Below are positions 26,120 to 41,175 of a DNA stretch of 64,000 nt, piece by piece. How positions within the stretch are numbered: the stretch's first letter is position 1; each line of letters begins with the position of its first letter. The position numbers were made by a program, and so were the translations under genes. The DNA comes from Eledone cirrhosa (Eukaryota): assembly GCA_964016885.1 (NCBI GenBank), contig OZ024742.1, positions 79,918,001 to 79,982,000 of the forward strand, given 5' to 3'. The notes under the pieces were generated by a model. That model was given only the letters and a program-made list of their open reading frames with translations, was not told where the DNA came from and did not search any database.

Positions 26120-26515
26120 TTTCCAATTGAGTAACAAGACCATTTGGGGAGGGGGTTCTAAGATTATTAAATCGACTCCAGTATTTAAATGATACCTTAT
26201 TTTATTAAACCTCAGAAGGATGAAATGTAAGACTGATTGGGGAATCTGAACTTAGAATGTAAGGGGACGTAGCTACATGTCTCAATGCATTTTGTCTACC
26301 AATCTACCACCAAATAAATAATTGTTTAAATTCTTGACACATTGAGAGTGAGGGTCAAAGTCGATTAAATCGATCTCAGTATATTACTGGTTCTTTAATT
26401 TATCCAATAATCATGAAGGCAAAGAAAACTTCGGAGTGATTTGAATTAAGAAAATAAAGAGCAAACAATTACTGCTGTGCTTGTTGTCCGATGCTCTACC
26501 GGCTCTACCAATCCA
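26120..26515 (-). mobile_element. Two degenerate SINE copies in tandem
   Basis: Diverged matches to the SINE core and tRNA head (GGATGAAA..., GAAGGCAAAG, TTTGAA.T.AGAA, CTCTACC). Confidence 0.6.
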
Positions 26516-26549
26516 GAACCATTGTCGTCAAATAAAGAATATTATTATT

Positions 26550-26845
26550 TGTTGCCTTTCATCCTTACGGGGTCGATACAAATAAAGTACCAGTAATGCA
26601 CTGGGTAATTGCTGGCCTTGTGCCTAAAGTAGAAACAATTATTTGATAGGGCGGTGGATTGGCAGTATCGGTAGAGGGTCGGACGCCCTGCTTTGACGCA
26701 TAGAGTTACGGCCCTTGCCATTCTGAGTTCAAATCATGCCGAGTTTAACTTTGCCTTTCATCCTTATGGGGTCGATAAAATAAAGTACCAGTAATACACT
26801 GAGTAATTGCTGGCCTTGTGCCAAAAGTGGAAACAATTATTATTT
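26550..26845 (+). mobile_element. Truncated SINE (26550-26640) followed by full-length SINE (26650-26845)
   Basis: GGCGGTGGATTGGCAGTATCGGTAG...CTGAGTTCAAATC...TTGCCTTTCATCCTTATGGGGTCGATAAAATAAAGTACC. ATTTGATAG is duplicated at both ends of the second copy. Confidence 0.9.
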
Positions 26846-27469
26846 GATAGACCTTATGCCAACGTCATTGCAATGTGAACATGGAGCAGTAAACTCTATA
26901 TAACAGGCTACCTTACTTCAAAATGTCTGAGATTAACCAAGAAAATGTTTTGCCAAATGAAATAACTGATGAATGATATTGGTGGCCTTTATAAACACAT
27001 ATCAGCCTAAACCAAATAGAGCTTCGTAACGATAGATGGCGTTCTAGACATTGTTATTCTAGTGTTCTTACGGACTTTGCCAATCTAAGGCTGTAACAAC
27101 CAATAAACCCTTTATTTTGTAAATGGTAGGATGTGATTTGAGGGAGATTTCTAATGTTTCACATTTACTCAAACACAGTTCTTTACCTGTATTTCTATCA
27201 ATCCTTGGACGGGTGAAAATATATATCAATTTCTGTGTGGTTCAATCTTATAAAATAAAAAATATTTATTTATTTGGTTTTATTTAATTGAAGTTTCATC
27301 TGAGTAGATGAACATCAACAACAACAAATGTTTTTTTTTTATGTTCTGTTTTATGTTCTATTCCATTCTTTCTCACCATTTTGATAATTATGTTCGTGAC
27401 TGATACTTTAAATTATCGATCCAGGAAGGATGAACCGCAGAATTGAGTTTGTACCACCCCTAATGGATC

Positions 27470-27675
27470 CTAATACAGGCACAGGGCCAGCAATGCGGCT
27501 AGAGGGAAAAGTCTGTTAAATTGATTCTGTACTTCATTGGTCCTTTATTTTATCGAACTCGAAAGGATGAAAAGCATAGTTGACTTCGGGGTAATTTGAA
27601 GTTTGATCGTAAATAACCAGACCAAACAAGGTAAAGTATCTGTCTGACACCCTATCAAGCCTGCCATTTCACCAC
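27470..27675 (-). mobile_element. Degenerate SINE
   Basis: TTTATTTTATCGA...GAAAGGATGAAAAGCATAGTTGACTTCGG...CTGCCATTTCACC. Confidence 0.65.
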
Positions 27676-30082
27676 ACTGATGGCTACTACAGTGATAATA
27701 TGTATTTTTCACATAAGCACAAAGACGCACATATGTTTGTATCGGAAAGAGATAATAATATTTACAACGTATATTAAAGGTGCTTTATCGTCCAAGCAAA
27801 ATGAAAAGGGAAATGGAACCCAAGTGAATTTAACGAAAAATATTAGGGGAAATATATGGCGCAAATTATTTCGTCTGCCGTACCACAAGTTCTGTGAATC
27901 CAAATCGAATTATTACAATCGAATAATTCACCGATAGCACTTAACTGGTATTTATTTTCCCGACCACAGAAGCCTCAAACAAAACGGTGACTTTAGCGGA
28001 ATTCAAACACAGAATATAAAGGGACATAACCACGATATTATTTACTTTAAGTCGGGGGTGCATATAAATATAATTGATTCTGCCATCCCCATCCCATCAA
28101 AAGCTCATGATCGCATTTATAGGATAGAGATAGCCAATTATATAATCCCTAAAACACAAATCCTACTTAGTTAATCCAGTGTGTTTTGATCTAAGAACCT
28201 AGAGTAATAGCTAAATATTACCATATTAATTTGTTGAAGATTAAATAGCAAACTAATATATTTTCTAGATTCCATTGCCCATCCAAACTCTCCTTGATAA
28301 TATTAATAACACAGGTAATGCAGATAAATAGCATGTGAAGACACTAGTTAAACCCAGTGAACTGCTACCCTGGTGGGTGATCTAAAACGATGTGCAGGTA
28401 ATTTATCTTGTATGCTACAAAAAGAAGAAAATTATTCAAATAAAATGAATTAATATAATATAAAACGAAAGAAATGGACCATCTGAACTGAGCACCGTCG
28501 TCTTGTAACGGAGTAAAATCATAACAATAAAAGAGAAAAAAAAAGAAAAAATCAATGAAATTTGCTAGCAATTTTCCAAAAGATAATTAGAAGCAGTTCT
28601 GATTCAAAATCGGTGTTTACTACCCCTCCACCTTTGAACAACAACACCTGCACTCTGCATATTAACGAGAAGTTCTTGCAAGCAGTAGTTACATAAATTT
28701 TCCTAGCATGGCTGAAAGAGAAAACTCCTATTTTCTGTGTTCTCTAATAATCATTTGTCATTTTGATTTTCATTCTTTGTTATATTTCGTTTTTAACGTT
28801 TTCCTTTTTATTCTTCCTGTTAACATCTAAATTATAATTTATAGAAGTCTGAAGAGGAGAAATGCAGCAGAAAACTTAAGTGTTTTCTCGTGTTACACTT
28901 TTACTTTCGCTTCTGTTACAGAAGCTTGGATTCATCTAATCGATAATACTTTTTGTTTGTTTCTTTATATGGGAAAGAATTATTCCACTGCTAATATGAA
29001 TCTACGCGATTCTGAGTGCCATAGAGCTAAAAGTGAAGCACTTACTGTGGCGTGAGACTTACATTGCTCACAAATATTCTCGGGGAAAGCACGTAGGGCA
29101 CAACATCCCATTTGTGATATTGTTTAAATATTTTCTCTCCAATCAAATGGAATCTCAATTGCAAAATTTGAAAAGGGACTATTGACTTTTAACAGTGTGG
29201 CAGTCAACGTAATAATGTGAATATGTTACACAATTAGTGGTAACATGGTTTGTTAATGAACATAACAAGTGCAATATTGCTACATATATAAACATCGAAT
29301 GGTGCGGTGAAATACAACCACAGTGAAATTTGAACCGAGAGCATGACAAAATGTTAACTGATGAATTGATAATTATTACAATTAGCATAAAGTAAAAAAT
29401 GTTGAGTGTTGGGAATAGGGACAATTTTAATTCTATCGATACAATATGTAATTTATAAGGGTGGACTGCTTAACGGTAAATTATACTCGCTAATGATTGT
29501 TAGACTACATGTCGGTTTCCACGATGAACATTCATTTTCTCAATCAACTATAGTATAATTCTTCAAATTAGCGTGTGTCTGACTAATACACAGAGTCCCA
29601 TAAGTTAGACTTTTGTGAATACTAACTATTATTTTAGCTCTAACCTTTAGTGGGTATATAAGTGGTCCATGATAACTCGTTTAAAATATTACGTAAAATG
29701 CAGGATATTAAAAGAGAAAGAAACCATGCAAATCTAAATATTACTTATAGTTCGACACTCAATTTCACCCGCCAATGTATCACGCATTTAATTTTCTCTT
29801 TTTATATTACTGTAGCATGCCGAGAAAATAATTGTGTGGAGTTAGTTTTTGACATGCCCTGACACGGATCAAATTTTTAAATCTCAATGAAAAGTTTCGC
29901 TCTATTTTTCATGAGAAACTCACCAAGGTGGAAACTAATTTTGATATTGCTGAAATTACAATTATATCTATTGAATTAATCTTAACACCCGTAGGGTCGA
30001 TTACGCGTAGATTAGGGCTACACTGTGACAACGATACCACCATACACGCCATGATAAATGTTCATGAAAAACATTTTACAAA

Positions 30083-30266
30083 TAATTGTTTCTACTTTAG
30101 GCACAAGGCCAGTAATTACCCAGTGCATTACTGGTACTTTATTTTATCGACCCCGTAAGAATGAAAGCCAAAGTCAACCTCGGCGGCATTTGAACTCAGA
30201 TCGTAAAGGGACGTAACTATGCTGGAAAGCATGGCGTCCGACCCTCTACCGATACTGCCAATCCAC
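30083..30266 (-). mobile_element. tRNA-derived SINE abutting the PLE palindrome
   Basis: Complete core and head up to ...GATACTGCCAATCCAC; the extreme 5' few nucleotides are missing. Confidence 0.88.
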
Positions 30267-30658
30267 AATGGATTCTACCAACATGCTAAAATAGAACACA
30301 AGGGTAAATTAGAGAACATAGAAATAAAAATAGAATCTACACACAGAAAAGACGCAATGTTTAGACAAATCACAAAGGCAATAAACATAAAAGAATTACA
30401 ACCAAAATTAAATAGAAAATATGAGTGGAACAGCAACATCACAACTTCCAATTAAGGACAAAATGAAAATACGCACACACATAGTACAAACAACCAACCA
30501 GTAACATGTAAATAAACAAAACAATAAATGAACATAAACACACACAGACACACGGATGTGGCGCATGCGCAGACTGAGCACACAACACACACACACAGAA
30601 ACAACATGGCGTAGGACAGAAAAAAGGAGAGGCACAAAAACAAAGAAAAGAATCCCCA

Positions 30659-30701
30659 GTCACTGAAGAAGTCACAGAGTGAGTTACGAAAGAACTATGA
30701 C
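30659..30701 (+). ncRNA. Type I hammerhead ribozyme in pLTR
   Basis: gtca-CTGAAGA-aGTcAC agagtga GTtAC-GAAA-G aa C-TA-tgac. Confidence 0.75.
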
Positions 30702-30841
30702 AATATGTAAACAACTATCTGGTTGTGGAACCAACCAACCAACCAGAAATTTATAAATTTATAAATTTATTATAATAAATTGAAGTGAAAGCAACTGGTG
30801 CGTGTGTTTCTTATTGGCAACACGACCCTCCCAAAGTATAG

Positions 30842-30997
<156 letters not shown>

Positions 30998-31139
30998 TGC
31001 TATACTTTGGGTGGGTCGTGTTGCCAATAAGAAACACACGCACCAGTTGCTTTCACTTCAATTTATTATAATACATTTATAAATTTATAAATTTCTGGTT
31101 GGTTGGTTGGTTCCACAACCAGATAGTTGTTTACATATT

Positions 31140-31182
31140 GTCATAGTTCTTTCGTAACTCACTCTGTGACTTCTTCAGTGAC
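31140..31182 (-). ncRNA. Type I hammerhead ribozyme in pLTR (sense to PLE ORF)
   Basis: Reverse complement identical to 30659-30701. Confidence 0.75.
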
Positions 31183-31385
31183 TGGGGATTCTTTTCTTTG
31201 TTTTTGTGCCTCTCCTTTTTTCTGTCCTACGCCATGTTGTTTCTGTGTGTGTGTGTTGTGTGCTCAGTCTGTGCATGCGCCACATCCGGGTGTCTGTGTG
31301 TGTTTATGTTCATTTATTTTTTTGTTTATTTACATGTTACTGGTTGGTTGTTTGTACTATGTGTGTGCGTATTTTCATTTTGTCC

Positions 31386-34300
31386 TTAATTGTAAGTTGT
31401 GATGTTGCTGTTCCACTCATATTTTCTATTTAATTTTGGTTGTAATTCTTTTATGTTTATTGCCTTTGTGATTTGTCTAAACATTGCGTCTTTTCTGTGT
31501 GTAGATTCTATTTTTATTTCTATGTTCTCTAATTTACCGTTGTGTTCTATATTAGCATGTTGGTAGAGTACAGATGATTCTTTACTATCTTGAAGGTCTC
31601 GCCAGTGTTCATTTATCCGTTCCACTACACTACGAGCTGTTTCACCTATGTACACTATATTTTTGTCTCTACATTGTCCTTCAGTACATCTTATGCTATA
31701 CACTACATTTCTTGTTTTACAGTTAATATGGGGGCTTATTTTACAGGTTATACATTTCTTATCTATACATGAGGGTCTTTGAAAAGGGTATGTCTTGCTA
31801 ATAAGTGTTTTTACGGAGGTACCTGGTCTTTCTACTATCTTAATATTGAGTTTATGTTTATCTAGGGCCCTTCTAAATTTGTAAGCTAATTCACCTCTAG
31901 GGGTTGTATCGATGAACATTACACTCTGGTATTTATTGCTATCATACCATGAGTTTATTCTATTAGCCTTGTTCCTAGCTCTTTCTATTCTATTCCAAAA
32001 TTTGCTCCTATACAAGGGGCAGGTCCCATTTATGTCATTATTTACCATTTTTTCCTATTTGGTTCTGGCTCCTCTATACACTCTGATTTTATCTCTCTGA
32101 TTGTAGCCAGAGAACTGCATACGGTGGATGAAGTGTTGTATGTGTCTCTCTAGTTCTTGGGGTTGCACATGCGGGACACGTTTCTCATCACCCGTACTAA
32201 ATCCGCAATCAGTATGTTGATTTTGGTATGGTCCGAAACGGCCGAGTTTCGGTGGATCAGATGTTTGGAAGTCATGGGTTTGGCATAATGGGAATGGAGG
32301 ATTTGTTTTTTGTTATTAATGGTATCTAACCAGAGCTCTGTGTCTAGTACAGGTGATCGATGGTTGGGGTGTCTACTTGGGTAGTCTATAGTAACTCTAA
32401 TACTCTGGTGGACGGAGTTAGCTATTTGCTGGATGCTTTCCATTGTGTTTTTCTCTAGTTACTGACTGTTCTCTAGTGGGGTGTCTTAACAACGATGTTT
32501 ATATCATCTACGTAGCGGGAGTGCATTATCAGGGTTAAGGGATCTTCTAATTGTTCTTTAAGTTTAAGTTTAAGTCTACTGTCCCACCATACCATGAATA
32601 AGTTAGCTATGTCGCCTGCAATGCTAACACCAATGGCTGCTCCTTCCTCTTGGGCATATGTTTTTCCATTAAAATTGAACATATGTTCCTTAAGGGTTAG
32701 TTTTATGCTGGCCCCTACCGCATGTGCAATCATTTTCTTCAGTTCATCGTGGTTTTCAGGTGTCCGTATGGTTCTGGTCCACCCGTTCCATCTATCTGTG
32801 TGCGTTTTCTTGGCCATTGAGGTAATGGTAGGTGGTCTGCCTCTTGCTGGTCTTGTAGGGCACAGGTTGCTAAGGTCATATGTGTCTAGGTAACTATTAC
32901 TATAGGTAAGTTTAAGTAGGTGTCCCAGCTCAATGGTATCAATCCCACGGAACTCAACATTGCTCTCACTGATCATTTCTACGCATTTCTCCACAGCAAA
33001 ATCCACGTCAATAGATGGATACAGGGACACAACATCCATACTACCTATTATGCAGTTTGTTAGGTCCCTGGATCGGTTACTCTGGCCGATTCTGCTGAGG
33101 AGGTCCTCCGTGCTGTCACATACATCTGGGGACATTTCAATGATGGGGCGTATGATCAGGGAGAGGAAGTATGACAGTCTGTAGTTACTAGCAATGTTAG
33201 CTCCACAGACTGGCCGTGTTGGTGGTCCCGTGACAGGGTCACTGCCCGTTTTATGGTCTTTTCGAAGCCCATACAACGCCGGAACGTCATTGTTCCAGGC
33301 CTGGAAGTTGTTGGCAGTCCTTTTGTTGGGCTGCATTATATTCGTCCACATCACCATATGGGCATTGAGGGCTTTTTCTCTACCTCATGCGCCTGTAGTG
33401 TTACCTCTCTTGTGTTAGTGATGTGGGGTTGCATTGCCTGGATGTAGTTTGGCAGGCTGTCAACCGATATTCTGCCAGACTTGTCTGTTGGAAAGCATGC
33501 TATCTCTCCATTACGCGAGCGCTGCATGAGCTTACGCAAGCCATTTGCAGATTTTTCTCCTAGTTGCTGGGCCTCCATTCTATTATGCTTCTTGCTATAC
33601 TGTTCTATAATATTTCTAAGTTCGGATCTAGCTATACTAAATTGTGCTTCTGTTTGTTCATAGACCTGCGACGGCAATTGCGTGCGTTTGTTAAATGGTA
33701 AAGTCGTGGCGTGGACTCATCGCAGGTCGAAGGATTTATCGGAGGGATTATAAAAAGTAGAGTTTCAGGCTGCTGCTTTATGTGTACTAGTGCTATTGTT
33801 ATTGTTAGTTGTGTTGTTTCTATTTCTATTTCCACCAACAGTGTCATGGTTGTTTCTATGTCTCTCATAATTACTCCTGTCTCTTTCCACTGGCTCATTG
33901 TTGTTATCTACCCTATTTTGTGTGCCTGTGTGTTCGTCTTGGTTATTTTCTTTGTCCTTAGTCTCCCTTCTCCTTTTAATCCTATTACTTTCCCTTATTT
34001 CTGTGATTTCTGTGCTACTGTCATTACTTGTTTTCTGTGTCTGTGTGTTTGTTAAGATTGTGGTGGTGGTGAGAGGCATTGAATGTGTGTGTGTGTTGTT
34101 GTTGTTGATGTGTGCTGTTGTTGATGTGTGTTGTTGTTGTCTCCGTGTGTGTTATTATTGTTGTGTGTGTTGTTATTGTTGTTTGTGTCTGCGTGACTGT
34201 TGTTGTTGTTTCTGGGAATGTTATTATTGTTGTTGTTGTTGTTGTTGGTGGTGTGTGTGTTATTGTTATTGTTGTTTGTGTCTGTGTGTCTGTTGTTGTT

Positions 34301-34612
34301 GGGATGTGTGTTGTATATGTGTGTGCGTATATTATTACTTTTGTTTTTGTTTTTGAGGCTCCAACGTAGTTTTGTAAATGATTTTTCTATTTCTGACAGA
34401 CAACTAATCATATTTACCTTCTTGAATGTCGCAAATTTCGGTGGTAGAAATAATACAGATAATTCATCGTCATCTATTACCGCGTTGCCGTATATATTTG
34501 TGTTGTTGTTGTTGTTGTTGTTGAACTCATCTGTTAATGAGGTGTCGGCCATATTTATACCGTCGATTTTGTCGGGATATCTATTGGTATTCTCTAGAGT
34601 ATCCTGAGGCAC
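31386..34612 (-). pseudogene. PLE polyprotein (RT + GIY-YIG), frameshifted
   Basis: LPPKFA...EIEKSFTKLRW, PTDKSGR, LYGLRKDHK, PTRPVCGA, SMDVVSLYPSI, GAAIGVSIAGDIANLF, RYVDD, C..KKC.TC, CKTRNVVYSIRC...YIGETARS..ERINEH...RQITKAI.I. Confidence 0.95.
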
Positions 34613-34635
34613 AATTACAAATGAAATAATCCCCA

Positions 34636-34678
34636 GTCACTGAAGAGGTCACAGAGTGTGTGACGAAAGAACTATGAC
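34636..34678 (+). ncRNA. Type I hammerhead ribozyme in inverted 5' pLTR
   Basis: gtca-CTGAAGA-gGTCACA gagtg TGTGAC-GAAA-G aa C-TA-tgac. Confidence 0.85.
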
Positions 34679-34893
34679 AATATATAAACAACTATCTGGT
34701 TGTGGAACCAACCAACCAACCAACCAACCAACCAGAAATTTATAAATTTATAAATTTATTATAATAAATTGAAGTGAAAGCAACTGGTGCGTGTGTTTCT
34801 TATTGGCAACATGACCCTCCCAAAGTATAACAATATCGGTTTCAACACACGATTTCAGATAAAGAATCCTGCTAAACAAATTCAGAAACGATA

Positions 34894-35007
<114 letters not shown>

Positions 35008-35010
35008 CGC

Positions 35011-35109
<99 letters not shown>

Positions 35110-35114
35110 CATAT

Positions 35115-35170
<56 letters not shown>

Positions 35171-35647
35171 TATATATATATATATATATATACAGAGATA
35201 GAGTTAGAGAGCGGGGGACAGACAAAAAGAGAAAGAGTGACAGGCTCATGAAAATATTTAGATGTGTAGGGAAAAAGTTTATGTGCCTGTGTGGGCGTGA
35301 ATCCATGTGTTTCTGCGGTTGCGACGTGTTAATAAAGTAACACTGGATCAGTGCATATGCTCAGCAGTTTTCGTGCTTTCTACTTTTAGACATAATCATG
35401 TCTGTTGTTTTTCTTATAGAGTTTACTTTACAACCACGTAGATATCTGTCCAGTCACACAGTATGACGCCTTGGGAATAGATTTTCTACGAGAGCCTCGG
35501 ATGTACCAATAAGTTTGGTAGACAGAAACTGTAAAGAAGCCTTTAACATCATCTCTTACAACTAATACATGCCGACTATATATGCTCACTCCACTTTTCC
35601 CTTCACTGCTCTGTATACACACATACACACCCTCATATTAACATAAT

Positions 35648-36110
35648 TTTGCTCATAGCTTCGTACTTACATGCACACATACTCTTTTATTTACATATAC
35701 ACACACATTTCTTCTTAGCTTTATAGGGTCGTATAATAACACACACACACAGACAAACACACACACAGACATGCTTACGCACGTGCACATGTATAGCACT
35801 TTTAACAAAACAGTTCTTTTTCCATTTCAGGTAGACGCGCTCCATCATCCACTTTTCTAAAAAGAATCATACACAAAACGGCCAGCACCAACAGTTTTGC
35901 AAGAGATGTTAACATAAATGGACCTGTTATTTTTATCTAAAGACATTTTTTCCAATTCCAATCCTCCCGTCCCCTCAATCTATCTTATTTCTCATTCTTT
36001 CTTCTTATGAAGGACTAGCGTCCGAAACGTTAACCTAATGTATCCCTTCCATATGTCCCTTCTATGTAACGATCGTGTTGTTATTTCTGTTTATCTTTTA
36101 CACACACTCA
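35648..36110 (+). repeat. Solo 3' UTR/pLTR of the 9110-11900 PLE with mutated hammerhead
   Basis: Colinear with 11348-11900. The HHR core CTGATGA has become CTTATGA at 36004-36010; stem II GGAC/GTCC and GAAACGTT are retained. Confidence 0.85.
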
Positions 36111-36222
36111 CACACAAACACACACGCACATATATATATATATATATATACATACATACACACACACAAACAAACACACACACACACACACACCCATACC
36201 CCCCCCCCATATATATATATAT

Positions 36223-36300
<78 letters not shown>

Positions 36301-36610
36301 GTCGATCGTATATTGTGCTGATGAATCGCGAAACGCAGATCACATATGAATAAGACATTGATGTTATGTTAAGGTAAAACTATATTTAATTATTACTGGA
36401 CGGATATATGAAGGTTGAATCAATGAGTGTTCACTTTAAAAAACATTAAAAAAAGGATTTGAAATATTTGGATTGTACTAAGGAACAATGAAAAAATAAA
36501 ATAAAATAAAATAAAATATGGTATCTATAGGCTCAAACAAACGTGCAATACCATATTTAATGAACCCGACTCCATTATCGATCGGCTCTCTCTCTATATA
36601 GGTATGTATC

Positions 36611-36692
<82 letters not shown>

Positions 36693-36784
36693 TACATGTG
36701 TGTGTGTGTGTGAAAAAATATCCGTATGTGTGAAAAAGCAAAAACGAAAACAGTTTTCGATCGGGAAGAGGGCTGACATATTTA

Positions 36785-36955
36785 TTGGCAGAGTCGTTAG
36801 AACGTCAGATGCTTTACAGTATTCGTTCCTGCTCTCGGAGTTCAAATTCCGCCGGGATCAACTTTGCGTTTCATCCTTTGAAGGTCGATAAAATAAAGTA
36901 CGAGTTATGCCTGGGATGGTTGCTGGCCTTGTCCCAAAAGTAGAAACTAGTATTT
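36785..36955 (+). mobile_element. tRNA-derived SINE
   Basis: TGGCAGAGTCGTTAG...GAGTTCAAATTCCGCC...TTTCATCCTTTGAAGGTCGATAAAATAAAGTAC. Confidence 0.8.
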
Positions 36956-37659
36956 ATTTATGTTGATATAGTGAACAAATGCGGTACCTAGGATTTCATG
37001 GCCCAGTATTGACCAAAATGTAAGAGGGTTCAAAGTTGTGACCCAATTTTCAGCCGCTTATTGAAGTTAAGATGAATCATACATAATTTATTAATCAGGT
37101 GAAATATTTAACGATATTAGGCTTTACTGGAAGGCAGAAAACAATACAAATAAAGAAATATCACAAACATTACATATACAATTGAAATGTAATCTAATCT
37201 TAATACTTACTAATGTGACTAACGATATATTATGGGAAGGAACCTCCTTGAAACAACATCTAAATAAAACGTAACATACACATTACAATTTAAATTTATT
37301 GTAAGATAACAACAGTAAGGAAACACCTCCTTTTCTCCACCTGTCAAACTGTGCCACAATAAAATAAAACGGCAAATAAATCAATAAATCATATGAATGA
37401 AGTATAGCAGTTATGTAGTTTCCTCATGCACAATATCTGAAACCTGAAATATGATATTCCCAGAAGGGAATGCAAAATAAAAAGTTGGGGAGAAAGTATA
37501 AGAATGAATAAAGATACCAGTTCTACTCACTTCTGTGATGGGCATGTTGACATTATAGAGAATTGAGATATATTTGAATAATGCAAACGTAAGGAAAAAC
37601 TGGATTGAGAATTCTTGAGTTTAAGAGAAATAGATAATTATACAATCATGCATGCATCC

Positions 37660-37757
37660 ATATAGAGGGTATATATATATAGATATATATACACACATAA
37701 CTATTTTGAAACATGCATACTTTTATACATATACAAACATACATATATATACATATA

Positions 37758-37804
<47 letters not shown>

Positions 37805-37805
37805 G

Positions 37806-37868
<63 letters not shown>

Positions 37869-37905
37869 CTATATATATATTTATATATATATATATATAT
37901 ATATA

Positions 37906-37961
<56 letters not shown>

Positions 37962-38001
37962 CATATATATATATATATATATATGAACATATATATATAT
38001 A

Positions 38002-38037
<36 letters not shown>

Positions 38038-38038
38038 C

Positions 38039-38077
<39 letters not shown>

Positions 38078-38129
38078 CATATATATATATATCTATATAT
38101 ATGAACATATATATATATATATATACGAA

Positions 38130-38179
<50 letters not shown>

Positions 38180-38237
38180 CATATATACATATATGTATAT
38201 ATGAATATATATATATATATATATATGAACATATATG

Positions 38238-38270
<33 letters not shown>

Positions 38271-38271
38271 G

Positions 38272-38312
<41 letters not shown>
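37660..38312. repeat. Long interrupted (TA)n array with recurring TGAACA interruptions
   Basis: Repeated (TA)n-TGAACA units. Confidence 0.9.
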
Positions 38313-38316
<4 letters not shown>

Positions 38317-38400
38317 CTTTTTCCACTCTCAAGCGTGAAACTAATACCATCACTATTCGTAACTGCACTCCTTGTGTTGTTTTTGTTTTTAACTTTGCCA

Positions 38401-38442
<42 letters not shown>

Positions 38443-38499
38443 GGATACTATTCATGGTTATGTATATACTAAAACGTTTTATAGTTATATATATTTTAA

Positions 38500-39214
<715 letters not shown>

Positions 39215-39226
39215 AAAATGTTCAAG

Positions 39227-39320
39227 ACCCCGACAGCAGAGCTCAAGCCATTTCGACGGCTATTTCTGGACTAGATTAGATTTTTAGCGTGGTAATAAAT
39301 AGCAGAATTTTTCAAGGGGT
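39227..39320 (-). ncRNA. Extended type I hammerhead (U3-A8)
   Basis: acccc-TTGAAAA-attctGCTATTT...AAATAGCcgtc-GAAA-TGGC ttgagctct GCTG-TC-ggggt. Confidence 0.65.
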
Positions 39321-40060
39321 AATTCCTTATATGGGAAGATTGTAGTTGTCAAAAGGATTGTTCAACATTTCTTGCAAACACAATTAAATCTTTCATGTTT
39401 GTTTAAGAAAAGACGAACTTGTAACTGCATGTAAACACCGATTGGATAGGACTTATCTCGCCCTCGAACACCCTCATGACCCGGGTGGATAGCCAATGGC
39501 TGTAACATCTTTCTTTTCCCCACTTGCCGAACAAGATAGTGGAAACCCCAGCATACATAGGTAGATGTACTTCTTTCATTTTTCCCTTTATCTCTTCTTC
39601 TCACTTCCTTCCACTCCCTCTCCTCTTCCTTTTTCCTCTTTCACTTACTCTGAGGCTGCCCATCGGGCTTTTATAGTCTCAGTACCCCTACCCAGTATTT
39701 TCTATATTGCATTGGCCGAAAACGCAATACCATCTAAAATGTAGCAGCTAGACTACTTTTTTTTTATATTTTTTATTATTTAATTTTTTTTATGTATTAA
39801 CTATTTAATTTTATAACTTACCACTCTCAGATTCCTCCAGAATTCTTTTTTCGTCTGCTTCCTTACTAGACTAATTTCATACACACTCCTTAGAATCTGC
39901 TGTATAGAATTCAATGTAAACGCTTGACCGGTTCCACCCACTCCATCATTGTTCTACAGGCAAGTTCAGCCACCCACCCACCACAATGAAAGATTTAATT
40001 GTGTTTACAAGAAATGTTGACCAATCCTTTTCACAACTACATCTTCCCATATAAGGAATT

Positions 40061-40154
40061 ACCCCTTGAAAAGTTCGGCTATTTATTACCACGCTAAAAA
40101 TCTAATTTAGTCCAGAAATAGCCGTCGAGACGGCTTGAGCTCTGCCGTCGGGGT
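40061..40154 (+). ncRNA. Extended type I hammerhead (U3-A8), GAAA>GAGA in this copy
   Basis: acccc-TTGAAAA-gttCGGCTATTT...AAATAGCCGtc-GAGA-CGGC ttgagctct GCCG-TC-ggggt. Confidence 0.7.
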
Positions 40155-40429
40155 CTTAACATTTTCCTATTACCCACTCTACTACCCTAAGTATTGAGTA
40201 CTCTGGTGCGTTATAGTCTACCTGGTTCCTTACCACACTTCCTTCGTTATATATATATATATATATATATATAATACAAACACTATTTCATCTCATTGAC
40301 TCTCAATCCGTCTGTAGCTTCGCAGAATTTAAATCACGTGAAACTAATGTTGCAATCAGTTTTCATTTATTTTCTCCTCAAACGAAACTATGTTGATTTA
40401 ATCTAGTTAAAAGTAAACAAATACATCAG

Positions 40430-40480
<51 letters not shown>

Positions 40481-40566
40481 TGAGCAAAGGGGTATTTAAT
40501 TTGTTGGTAATTCAACAAATATATCTATAACAGCTTCGAAGCTCCTGACAGGTTTTCTGGAGTATA

Positions 40567-40825
40567 ATATCAATGATATTAATAATTGGAAACTATATTT
40601 ATAAAACCATATTTTTTCTATTATATATATTTCAAGGATACTATCCAGATGGAACTTGAACCGTTGAACTTGGACCGTTGAACTTGATTCCTGGATATGT
40701 CACTATTTATAAAACAAACTCTGTATTTTATCTGATAAGAGCGTACCAAAGTTTTGGTACACTTGAAATATATCTAATAGGATAAAAATGGTTTTATAAA
40801 TATAGTTTCCATTTCTTAATATCAT

Positions 40826-40831
<6 letters not shown>
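40567..40831 (+). mobile_element. Small fold-back pLTR remnant (~70-bp inverted repeats) containing a hammerhead motif at 40727-40781
   Basis: Arms at 40567-40636 and 40762-40831. tttat-CTGATAA-GAGcGTACCAAA gt TTTGGTACaCTT-GAAA-TATATC-TA-atagg. Confidence 0.6.
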
Positions 40832-40879
<48 letters not shown>

Positions 40880-41118
40880 ACATATATACATATATATAAT
40901 AACTAGAGATTGATTAACATATACATAAACATGAATAATCACAGGAGAAAATTTATTATTATTTTTTTTTTCGTAATTAATTATTGCTCCAAATAATTAT
41001 GCATGACATCATTCAAGCATCAAATATTTATCTAGCAACGATATCACATATGATACTTCATTATCACAATATCAAGATATTATATCTATGTAAGTATGTA
41101 TGTACACACGCACACACA

Positions 41119-41175
<57 letters not shown>

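Noticed and set aside
26650-26735. tRNA-like A/B boxes
   Set aside because: These are SINE heads followed by SINE core and tail, with no full cloverleaf; not tRNA genes.
28848-28876. CTGAAGA...GAAA
   Set aside because: No stem II or stem I pairing; a chance match.
36314-36344. tgtg-CTGATGA-atcgc-GAAA-cgcagat-caca
   Set aside because: Stem II is absent. At most a deleted HHR relic, so it was not counted.
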